From NCBI GenBank assembly GCA_902766045.1, contig CACXCA010000005.1:1704-65703 (forward strand): a stretch of DNA of 64,000 bases. Reading direction: 5' to 3'. The notes beneath the pieces are model-generated. The model did no database searches, was not told the origin of the DNA, and was given only the letters and a program-made list of their open reading frames with translations. Of the stretch, positions 9,616-19,600 are shown piece by piece. The translations under genes and the position numbers were made by a program. Each line of letters starts with the position of its first letter. Position 1 is the first letter of the stretch. Origin of the DNA: an uncultured Bacteroidales bacterium (GTDB lineage Bacteria; Bacteroidota; Bacteroidia; Bacteroidales; Paludibacteraceae).

Positions 9616-11288
9616 AGAAGATAGTATATGTAATTAGTTTTGCTGCTCTCTTCATCTTGAATGTAGCAGCATTGCAAGCTCAGGTGAGAGGATCTCAGTT
9701 ACGAGTTGATGCAGGTGTTGGCATGAATACACTGTTTTATGAACCTTCCATAGGTGAACGTACCAATGGATTAGGCGGAAGATTAGGGCTTACCTATTCT
9801 TACTATTTTAAAGAACGTCTAGGTATTGGTATAGGAGCATACGGTAATTTGTTTAATTCAAAGTATTCATTGACAGGACATGATTTTTATGATGGTAGTT
9901 ATACGACCGATGAAGCGAATTATGGTTATCAATATAGTAAGTCTTCCTATTTGAGACTATCTGAACAACAACGTATGATATCTGTTTCTATTCCGGTATC
10001 GTTGAAGTATCGTTTTGAAATTGGATGGAAGTGGGATATGCGCTTAAATGCAGGAGTTGCAGTGGAAATTCCTGTGGCTAGACGCTATTATTCGGATGGA
10101 GATTTATCGCTTAGTGCGTATTATAAAGAGTTAAATATTCGTTTCCATGATATGCCTAATCATGGCTTGTTTACAGATTCATACCGTGAAGATGGCGCAT
10201 TTAAATCAGCCAATATAGGAGTGTCTCCATTTGTTGAGATAGGCTTCTCTCATCGCGTAACAGAACAGGTGCGTTTTTATTTGGGCTTATATGCTTCGTA
10301 TGGAGTAATGAATTATCTGAGAAATAATCCAAATCCTGTATTCTATGATGGAGATGATGTTAATTCCAGACCTCAGAATGTGTTCGCTTCTGATGTGACG
10401 GAGGAAATGCATCCATTTTGTGCAGGATTAAGTATTGGTTTTATTCATCTCTTCCAAAAGGATGATAGGGGAGATCTTGTGATGACTGCTCAGTTTATGG
10501 AACCTATCATACCATACGAATATAAGGTGGAAGAAGAGGAATTGGAAAAGGCTGAAGAAGAGGTTGTGGCTGTAAAGGTTGATACTACATGTGAGGATGT
10601 GGTGGCAATTAATTATAAGTGGTTGGCTGATTCAACTGCAAAGGCTGATGGTTTGGATATTGCCATAAATGGATATACGAAACCGAGCACGAAACCAACA
10701 ACTAAGCCAAGTACAGTTCCGAGCACAAAACCAAGTTCATCGACTGTTCGTCACTCTCAAACGCCGTCTTCGTATAGAAATACAACTCCTAAACGTTCTG
10801 AGAAACCTAAGAACACGAATTCGACAGTTACTAAGCCGAATACACAAAATACGAATCAGACAACTCCTGCTTTGGAGGTAACAGAAAAGTGGGAAGAAAC
10901 GAAGGTTGATCCAGTGAAATTACAGAAGGCAGAACAGGTTCTCCTCGCAGAAGAAAAAGAGGTTCGTCCAGTTAATAAGATAGGTCAGACGACAGTTCAT
11001 AAGAAAAAGATATACATGAATTGTGGAAAAGGACCTAAAGCCGCCTTGTCGTTTACTGAACCAGGAGATGAGGAGTTGACAGAAAGCAAGTTGAGAGCAC
11101 TTAAACAATTGGCGGCTTATTTGAAATCACATCCACAAGAAACAGTTACCTTCAGTGTTGAAGGTGAAGAATCTGTCAGTCGCTTCGTTCAACAGAAGAA
11201 TCAATCTTATTTTGAGAAGATAAAGAAACAGTTGATTCAATATGGTGTAAAAGAGAATCAGGTGATAATGGGAGACGAAGGCAAATGA
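9612..11288 (+). CDS. Outer-membrane beta-barrel protein fused to an acidic/PT-rich linker and a degenerate OmpA-like C-terminal domain
   Basis: Signal peptide ..NVAALQA|Q. The ~290-aa N-terminal part shows alternating aromatic/small-residue beta-strand patterns (GLTYSYYF, GIGIGAYGN, VRFYLGLYASYG). Then EEEELEKAEEE and a (TKPS)n linker. The C-terminal LKQLAAYLKSHPQETVTFSVEGEE...QLIQYGVKENQVIMGDEG follows the OmpA_C layout but lacks the usual TD..G..N..LS..RA residues. The ATGA start overlaps the upstream stop (9612-9615). Confidence 0.6.
   Translation: MKKIVYVISFAALFILNVAALQAQVRGSQLRVDAGVGMNTLFYEPSIGERTNGLGGRLGLTYSYYFKERLGIGIGAYGNLFNSKYSLTGHDFYDGSYTTDEANYGYQYSKSSYLRLSEQQRMISVSIPVSLKYRFEIGWKWDMRLNAGVAVEIPVARRYYSDGDLSLSAYYKELNIRFHDMPNHGLFTDSYREDGAFKSANIGVSPFVEIGFSHRVTEQVRFYLGLYASYGVMNYLRNNPNPVFYDGDDVNSRPQNVFASDVTEEMHPFCAGLSIGFIHLFQKDDRGDLVMTAQFMEPIIPYEYKVEEEELEKAEEEVVAVKVDTTCEDVVAINYKWLADSTAKADGLDIAINGYTKPSTKPTTKPSTVPSTKPSSSTVRHSQTPSSYRNTTPKRSEKPKNTNSTVTKPNTQNTNQTTPALEVTEKWEETKVDPVKLQKAEQVLLAEEKEVRPVNKIGQTTVHKKKIYMNCGKGPKAALSFTEPGDEELTESKLRALKQLAAYLKSHPQETVTFSVEGEESVSRFVQQKNQSYFEKIKKQLIQYGVKENQVIMGDEGK
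10677..10736 (+). repeat. Five tandem degenerate 12-nt coding repeats (TKPS/TKPT/TKPS/TVPS/TKPS)
   Basis: ACGAAACCGAGC ACGAAACCAACA ACTAAGCCAAGT ACAGTTCCGAGC ACAAAACCAAGT, in frame within the 9612-11288 CDS. Confidence 0.85.
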
Positions 11289-11289
11289 G

Positions 11290-12021
11290 ATGGAGCAAAA
11301 GGAGATTGATAGGATATATAAAAAAGTTCGAGATGCAATAGACCAATTCGGCCTTATTGAAGAGGGCGATAAGATACTTGTGGGACTTTCGGGAGGGAAG
11401 GATTCTCTGGCGATGCTCGATTTTTTAAGTAGAAAAAGACAAGCGCCCTATCCAAAGTTTGATATGGTGGCTGTTCATGTCTCGATGAGTAATATTCCGT
11501 ATCAATCAGATATTGAATATCTTCGTGCGTATGCAAATGCTTTGCAGGTGGAGTTCGTTCATGATATAACCAGTTTTGATCCTACTACGGATACTAGAAA
11601 TACGCCCTGTTTTTTATGTTCATGGACAAGACGAAAACGAATGTTTGCTTTGGCAAAAGAGTTGGGCTGTAACAAGATGGCTTTGGGACATCATTTGGAT
11701 GATATGATTCAGACGTTATTGATGAATATGACTTTTCAAGGGTCATATAGCACAATGCCACCATTGTTGAAGATGGATAAATTTGACATGTGTATTATCC
11801 GCCCGTTATCTTTAGTAGAGGAAAAGGACCTGATACAATATGCCTTGCATAAAGGCTATAAGAAACAACCACACAATTGTCTGTATGAGACAGATTCAAA
11901 TAGAACATCCATACGAGAAGTATTAGATAAGATGATTCAACTAAATCCTCATGCAAAGAGTTCTTTGTTGAGGTCGATGATGAATGTACAAGATAATTAT
12001 CTGCCTAAGAGTGTCAAATAG
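11290..12021 (+). CDS. ttcA: PP-loop ATP pyrophosphatase, TtcA-like tRNA 2-thiocytidine biosynthesis family
   Basis: It has the SGGKDS PP-loop motif, the CFLCSWTRRKR (CxxC-..-RR) motif and the GHHLDD motif, and at 243 aa the size fits. The start lies 2 nt after the upstream stop. Confidence 0.6.
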   Translation: MEQKEIDRIYKKVRDAIDQFGLIEEGDKILVGLSGGKDSLAMLDFLSRKRQAPYPKFDMVAVHVSMSNIPYQSDIEYLRAYANALQVEFVHDITSFDPTTDTRNTPCFLCSWTRRKRMFALAKELGCNKMALGHHLDDMIQTLLMNMTFQGSYSTMPPLLKMDKFDMCIIRPLSLVEEKDLIQYALHKGYKKQPHNCLYETDSNRTSIREVLDKMIQLNPHAKSSLLRSMMNVQDNYLPKSVK

Positions 12022-12097
12022 TTTTGTTGTGTATTTATGGACGAGTACATGAAGAATCGAATGATTCATTGAAGGATTTTTAGTTTTCGTAAATAAC

Positions 12098-12129
12098 TTT
12101 GTCATATCAATTAGAAAAAACTAAATTTG
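12098..12129 (+). promoter_or_regulatory. Bacteroidota-type promoter for pfkA: -33 TTTG (12098-12101) and -7 TAAATTTG (12122-12129)
   Basis: This matches the TTTG / TAnnTTTG consensus with a 20-bp spacer and lies 29 nt upstream of the ATG at 12158. Confidence 0.55.
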
Positions 12130-12157
12130 CATTGATTATATTTATGAATGAATTGAT

Positions 12158-13480
12158 ATGGATTTTGCTGTTAAAAATTTAGGAGAATGTAAGATTAAAT
12201 CTCCATTAAAATTATCAAAAGTAAAAGGAGACGGAATTTATGATTTCGTGGAAGATGGGGAACGTGTTCTATACTCTTCCTCATTACAAGAGGTGATGAC
12301 AGCCATTAAGAATGGTGTTGAATTAAGATCATTTGAAAAACCAGGACCCAAAGAATATATTTATTTTGAACCGGCTAAAACAAAGGTTGCTATTGTTACC
12401 TGTGGAGGGTTATGTCCTGGGTTAAATAATGTGATCCGAGGCTTGGTGTGTCACCTATGGAACCGATATGGCGTGAGAAATATCGTAGGTGTACAATATG
12501 GATATGCGGGATTGAACCCTGCTAATCAGTTGCCTTTCATTAGTCTAGATCCAGACTTGGTGGATGATATTCATAAGGATGGAGGGTCTATGTTGGCTTC
12601 GTCTAGAGGTAATCAGCCAAGTGATGTTATCGTAGATACATTAGAAAAAAATAATATTAATATTCTCTTCTGTGTAGGTGGTGATGGGACCTTGAGAGGC
12701 GCTCATGATATTTGTCAGGAGATAGAACGGAGAGGGTTGAAAATCAGTGTTGCGGGTGTTCCCAAGACGATTGATAATGATATTAGTTATATTGATAAGT
12801 CGTTCGGATTTGAGTCAGCATTTACATCAGCACAAAATATTATCTTGAATGCTCATTATGAAGCAAAGGGTGCTCAGAACGGTGTGGCATTGATAAAACT
12901 AATGGGACGTGATTCAGGATTTATTGCAGCTAATGTGGCATTGGCTGTTCCTGATGTGAATTTCTGTTTGATTCCAGAGATGAATTTCGACTTGGAGAAT
13001 GAGAGTCAGACTGGTTTCTTGAACTGCTTGGAGAGACGTTTGATGAGCAAGAAACATGCTGTTGTTGTGGTCGCTGAAGGTGCTGGACAACAGTTTATGA
13101 CAGGAGAACGTAAAGTGGATGCTTCAGGTAATGTTTTACATGAGGATATCGGTATCTTTATGAAGAATCAGATTATTGACTTCTTTAACAAGAAAAAAGT
13201 TCCGATTAGCGTTAAATATTTCGATCCTAGTTATATTATCCGTAGTATTCCGGCGAATGCGAATGATAGTAAGTTCTGTGAACAGTTGACACAGAATGCT
13301 GTCCATGCTGCTATGGCAGGACGTACAGATTTCGTAGTAGGAAACTGGAATAACTCATTCACATTATTGCCAATTACAGCAGCTACATCGCAACGTAAGA
13401 AAGTAAATTTGGAGAGTGAATTTTGGTGGAGTGTTGTTGAGGCAACTGGACAGCCAATGGAAATGAGAGAAAAGAAGTAG
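12158..13480 (+). CDS. pfkA: 6-phosphofructokinase (long, about 440-aa class)
   Basis: PFK hallmarks are present: GGLCPGLNNVIRG, GGDGTLRGA, PKTIDNDI and MGRDSGFIA. Confidence 0.9.
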   Translation: MDFAVKNLGECKIKSPLKLSKVKGDGIYDFVEDGERVLYSSSLQEVMTAIKNGVELRSFEKPGPKEYIYFEPAKTKVAIVTCGGLCPGLNNVIRGLVCHLWNRYGVRNIVGVQYGYAGLNPANQLPFISLDPDLVDDIHKDGGSMLASSRGNQPSDVIVDTLEKNNINILFCVGGDGTLRGAHDICQEIERRGLKISVAGVPKTIDNDISYIDKSFGFESAFTSAQNIILNAHYEAKGAQNGVALIKLMGRDSGFIAANVALAVPDVNFCLIPEMNFDLENESQTGFLNCLERRLMSKKHAVVVVAEGAGQQFMTGERKVDASGNVLHEDIGIFMKNQIIDFFNKKKVPISVKYFDPSYIIRSIPANANDSKFCEQLTQNAVHAAMAGRTDFVVGNWNNSFTLLPITAATSQRKKVNLESEFWWSVVEATGQPMEMREKK

Positions 13481-13504
13481 AATAGAGATTATTTATAGGA
13501 ATAA

Positions 13505-13541
13505 AGAGAACCCCGAATGTTTTTAACATTCGGGGTTCTCT
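13505..13541. terminator. Perfect 17-bp-stem hairpin between convergent genes, a likely bidirectional terminator
   Basis: AGAGAACCCCGAATGTT-TTT-AACATTCGGGGTTCTCT. It sits 25 nt after the pfkA stop. The minus-strand side is followed by a T-rich tract. Confidence 0.7.
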
Positions 13542-13550
13542 TCGTAATGG

Positions 13551-13576
13551 TAGAGACGCACGGCCGTGCGTCTCTA
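13551..13576. repeat. 26-bp perfect GC-rich palindrome, copy A of a repeated intergenic element
   Basis: TAGAGACGCACGG|CCGTGCGTCTCTA. A second copy at 52839-52864 differs only by a compensatory pair. Confidence 0.85.
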
Positions 13577-13674
13577 TCCCTATATTGTCAAACCCTTTAC
13601 GTCTTATGAAAGAAAATTTGAGGGTGTATCAAATTGTTTTGATACACCCTCTTTCCTTTTATGCAGGGTTAGTT

Positions 13675-16600
13675 TTATCTAATCAGTGTGACAGAACCCT
13701 TCCGTTCTCCATTCTTGTGTACTTCTTTGAAATCACTTTCCCATGTGACTACATAACCATATACTCCGAATGGTGCAGGTTCTCCGTTGTAGGTACCGTC
13801 CCATTCATCCTCTTTAGTGAATCCTTCAAACATGATGGTTCCTTCACGGTTGTATATGATGAAGTGGAAGCTAGTCATAAATTCAGTTCCTAAGAATCGG
13901 AATACATCGTTCAAACCATCGTCATTAGGAGAGAAGGCATTTGGTGCCCAGAAGTTCTTCCATACCCAGATTGTTGAGTCTCCAACGTATTCACAACCTT
14001 TTTCATCAATAGCCAATGCAGTTACTACAAATGAGTCGCGTACAGATGGATTAGGGTATCGATACGTTGCTTCTACACCTTGTACTTCAGTATTATAATC
14101 GTCTCCCGTATTCCAATACCACTTAGCGTGACGAGGATATATACCTTTCATTGTGATGACAGGATTCTCTTCTACGATGATGCTTGGAGTGACAGAGAAC
14201 TCGATAGGTAAGAATGTCAGCGTATCTACTGTCATTGTATCTGAACTTGTACATCCGTTAGCATCAGTACCAACCACGGTGACCGCTGTTTCTTGGTCAA
14301 TCACTGCATATATATGGTCGGACATGTTACCTGAGATTTCTCCATTCTTAGGAACACTGCTCCATTCATAAGAGATAGCGTCACCATGAGCGGAGATATC
14401 CACACGGGTGTCGGTGCCAGGACAGCCTTCGATAGCATTTTGTTTCATCCATACATGAGGACGTTTGTTAACTCTTACCTTTACATCTTTTCTGCTTTCA
14501 CATCCGCTTTCTGATGTACCTATGACGGTAAAGACATTATCTTCTTCTATGTTTTGTATCAAAATTCTACCTTCTTTCTCGTTGTTCCATTTGTATGTTG
14601 CTGCACCTTCAGCGAGCAATACGGCGGCATCACCTTGACATACTATAGAGTCTCCGGTTACACGAATGTTTGGTTTTACGTGAGCTGTTACGTGAATCTC
14701 CATCTCGGTCGTACATGCACCTTTTGTTCCTGAAAGTGTGATACGAGTGTTGCCTTCAGGCATAAAGATAAGTGAGTCGCCTGTGACATTCTTGTTGTTG
14801 AAGTTCCATGTATAATGCTCTGCGCCATGAGCATATAGTTTTGCAGGATTTCCAACACATACAACATCGATACCAGTATAATTGATACTTGGACTCTCTT
14901 TCAATGTAAGCAGTTTATACTTAGTACTTTCACAACCATTTTTGTCTATAGCTTTTGTAAAGATATAGGTGGAAGTGTTTACTTCAGTTGCAATGGTTTC
15001 ACCGTCTCTACTGATCGCATCATCCATTGTGTTAGTACCGAATCCCCAGTAGTAATTTTCTCCATCACCTTTAGCTGTAAGTTGGACATAGAATCCACGG
15101 CAGACACTATCTTCACCTAGGATTTCAAAGTTTGGAGAAGGATTGATGGTAACAGGAACATTGATAGTGGTTTGACATCCATTCAAGTCTGTACCCGTCA
15201 ATGTGAATTTACTATTTGCTTTAGGATAAACTTCCAAATGATCGGTGTTGTTTCCTGTACTCCACTTGTATGAGGCAGCTCCGTAAGCTGTCAGATCCAA
15301 CTTGTGACCTTCGCAGATGTTTGTAACACCTTGGAAGGTAACATTCGGTTTTGGAAGAACGCTAATAGGAATGCTTAACTTGGTTGAACAGTGGTTGGCA
15401 GTACCTTCAACAATATATGTTTTATTGTTTGTTGGATTATCTGTCATGGTACCTGTTGTGTTCTCATTGTCATGAGACCATTTGTAGGTTGCAGCACCCA
15501 CCACATTAAACTTAGCCAAATCGCCTGCACATACTTCGCTTGGACCTGTATAGGTTAGGATAGGGTATGGATAGCACTTGATGTTATGTATCTTTGTTGA
15601 TACACATCCTTTCGCACTGATTGCTTCTACAGTGAATGATGTCGCATTGTTGATGATAGGAGTGATAGCGTCTGAAATAGCTCCGTTACTCCATGTGTAT
15701 CGAACTGCATCACCATCTTCAATGTACAGATTTACTGCATCACCTTGACATGCGTAGGTTGGTCCTTGAATCTTAAAGGATGGCAAAGAATCTATGTGGA
15801 TAGTGTAAGATTGGGTGTTCTTACATCCGTTTATATCCTTACCAGTGACGGTATATGTTTTGGTCTCTGTCGGTCTGTCAGTAATGATACTTGCTTTAGA
15901 ACCAGTACTCCATTCGTAGTTCATTGCACCGGACGCTGTTAACTGAATGGCTGAATTGAGACAAACTGACGACGGACCAGAAATCCAAATATTTGGCAAT
16001 TGAACGACATCAACTTGGAATGAAATAGAGCTTTCGCATCCAGAATGATTACCTACTACGTTATATGTAGTTAAATTCGTTGGTTTATCCTTCAATGTGA
16101 ATGTGCTTCCTTCGTAAGTCTTATCTTTCCAAGTATATCTATCAGCACCTTGGATGGCAATATTGATGGAATCGCCAGCACAGACTTGTTTTGGTGCATT
16201 ATAAACTAGTTCAGGATAATCTATATTGCGGATAGTGTGAGTTTTGGTATTTACACATCCGTATGCATCTGTACCAGTTACGGTAAAGTTTTGATCCTTC
16301 GTGATAACTGGATAGACGTTGGCATCTCTTTCTCCTGTACTCCATGCATATTCTGAAGCTCCGTCTGCTTTTAGGTGAGCTACGCTACCATTACAGATAC
16401 TATCATCACCCGTGATGGTGATAGTTGGTAATGCATGTACAATGACTTCGAATGGTTCTGTCGTGAAATGACATTTATGTTCATCTGTACCGGTTACTCT
16501 ATAATATACCTTTTGTGCGGTAGTGGTGGCTTCAGAAAGGGTACTTCCTGTTGCACCATTGCTCCATTCATAAGATTTTGCACCACTAGCGGATAGATTG

Positions 16601-19600
16601 ATGTTCTTTCCAAGACAAATATCACGATCACCGGTAATCCAAACATATGGCTTAGGAAGGATTGAAACAGTGAATTGTTCTTTTGTCTCACAACCATTCT
16701 TTGATCCGATGACGTAGAATGTCTTGCTGTTCAACATGTTTTCTTCAGAATAGGTTTCGCCAGTTGAACCATCCTGCCATGTATATGTTGAAGCTCCACT
16801 TGCGGTGACAGTGAGATTGTCGCCTTCGCAAATGCTTTCTGGAGCATTGGTTGTGACTACAGGATAATCTTTCTTATACACCGTCTTTGTCTTCGTTGTT
16901 TTACATCCACTTAAGTTTTCACCAATTACAGTATAGGTGGTTGTTTGGTTGATGATAGGATTGATTGTATCCTTCAACTCACCTGTATTGGTCCATGTGT
17001 ATGTTGTCGCATCTCCTTTGACATACAATGTGGCAGCGTTACCTACACAGACATCGTTATCTCCGTAGATCTCAAATTCTGGAAGATTATTAACTTTCAG
17101 AGTAAATTCATTACTCCAGTTAGAACATTTGTTAGCATCTGTACCATATACCTTATAAGTAGTACTTTCAGATGGCTTCTCCGTACGATCTGTTGTTGTT
17201 ACACCATCGCTCCATACGTAACTTACACCACCATTTGCAGTTAGGACGGATTGTTCAACGCCTTTACAAATTTCTTCTTTGTTTGTTGAGATCCAAATAT
17301 TAGGCAATGGCATTACTTGGACAGCTACTTCTTCCTGACTTGTACATGTTCCAATCTTACCAATAATTACGTATGTGGTATCTTTAACTGGTTTGTCAAC
17401 AAATTTACCATTAGGAATTACTGCTCCGTATTCATCTGTATATGAATTAGCACCTGTAATACTAATAGTAGCTTCGTCTCCATCACACACATAGTTCGGA
17501 GCTGTAATCTTCAAGTTCGGAACCTCTTTTGTTGTAATGGTAAAGTCTGCTTTGTTTTCACAACCATTGAGATCTTCTACCTCAACAGTGAATGTGCTCT
17601 TTTCACGAATGATTGAAGTAATCTGTGGTACGGATTCACCACTATTCCATGAGTATGACTTAATAATCTTTGAGTTGCTTACTGCAGTAAGGGTAACCTC
17701 ACTGTTTTCGCAGACAGCATCTACACTTAAGATTTTTACATCAGGCAATGGGTTGACAACTACTTCAAATTCAGCTGTGTTCTTACATCCGTTTTCATCT
17801 TGACCAGTAACATAATATGTTGTGGTCTCAGTAGGTTTTGCAGTGATGTCGTCTGTAGTGGCGAATACCTCAGCATTTTTATCATCAGTTAATGCCCATT
17901 TGTATTTGCCAGCAACACCTTCAGTGGCGTTTAAGATAATGCTGTCGTTCATACAAATTTCATTGTCTGGATCATTTGTGCTGATTAGTATAGAAGGAAG
18001 AGTCCATACGCCAACATTTATTACTTCTGTAGTGGAACATCCGTTTGTTGTACCTGTCACAACGAAACTTCTGTCGTCAGTCATTTTTTCTCTTATTGTT
18101 GAACCAATAACAGTATTATTCGTTGAATAGATATCGAATATGTTCTTTATGTCCACATTCTCCCAGACGAAGCTACTTGCACCAACAACAGATACTACAG
18201 CTGTGTCGTTTTGACATACATGTTCAGGTGCTTTGATATCCAGTACAGGGAATGGCTTAGTCGTAACTAGAACAGTATCCGTGTTCTCACACTGATTGAT
18301 GTCAACACCTTTTGCAACAATGTATTTCTGACCTTCTACAATCGTTGTTAAATCTTCACCTGTTGCTTCTGTTTTCCAAGTGTCAGTTTTTTCTTTTGCA
18401 GTGTACCATGTATAATCGAGTGCACTACCTGTTACTGATTTAGAGATCTCTGTGCCGTTGCAGATGATAGATGTACGATCACCCTTTATTGTCACATTTG
18501 GTAGAGGGTTCACTTTAACTTTGAATGATCTGTCAGACATACAATCATGTTCGTCCTTCGCTCTTGCAGTGAAGGTGTATGTTGTTACGGCAGAAGGTAT
18601 CTCTTGGTAAACATCGCCAGTGTAGTTCTTACCAATCCATTCGTATGTATATTTATCTGTTCCATTGGCTGTGGCTTTTATGGACAACTCTTTGTTGAGA
18701 CAGATAGAACTTGTTCCGTCTAATGAGAAGTCAGGTAATGGCCATATACCAATGTTGATAGGAAGTGATGTCGAACATCCGTCTGTTGTACCGATGACAG
18801 TAAATGTTTTCTGAGAGTTCAATTTTTCTGTTCTTGTGGCATCGGTTGATTGATTATCAGTCCATTCCCATTCATCAGCTCCGCTCAGATTGATAGTGAT
18901 ATTCTGTCCTTTACATACGAAGTCGTATTTCGTATTCGTCTCGTAGGTTGGAGTAGGGTATTCCTTTACTCCTACAGTGATGTCACCTTCGCTTACACAA
19001 GTATTCATGTCGGTGGCAACAACGTGGAAGGTGACAGATTTCTCATCCATGCTATTTGGCGTAACTTTCGTCGTGATGGTTGAGGAAGAACCGATGACGG
19101 TGGAATTGCCTTTTATAGTCCACTCATAATAACTTGCTGAACCATTGGCTACGAGAGTAGCTTCTGTTCCACGACACACATCTGCAACAGGAGGAATGGT
19201 TAAAGTAGGATGATCATAAACAATGATGCTTTGAGTGGCAGTGTTTTTACATCCATTGACGTCTTCTCCTCTAACTGAGTAGGTTTTAGTGCCGCTGGTG
19301 GTTGGTTTCACGGTTACTTTGTCCGTGGTTTTTCCAGAAGGGATGATCCATTCATATTTTCCACTTACTCCATTGATAGCTGTCAGCTTGACTGATTTGC
19401 CTAAACAAATATCAGGTTTGCTAGCTTCAATCTGAATATCAGGCAATGACCAGATGTTGATGGTTGTATCAATTCTTCTTGTACAACCTTTTGTGTCAGT
19501 ACCTTCAACCCAAATGTTAGTTGTTTCCTCCAAGTCGTTTAATGTGATTTGAGAAGAAGAACTATTGTTGAACCATTTGTAGTAGTTGGTGCCGCTGACA

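Noticed and set aside
10669-10881. 70-aa alternative-frame ORF in the PT-rich linker region
   Set aside because: It is an out-of-frame reading of the TKPS repeat and low-complexity segment of the 9612-11288 gene, giving an Arg/Leu/Gln-rich artefact.
13585-13893. 102-aa plus-strand ORF just after the intergenic hairpins
   Set aside because: It starts in the spacer and runs antisense into the well-supported type-B CTD coding region of the giant gene. It has no motifs and an odd composition.
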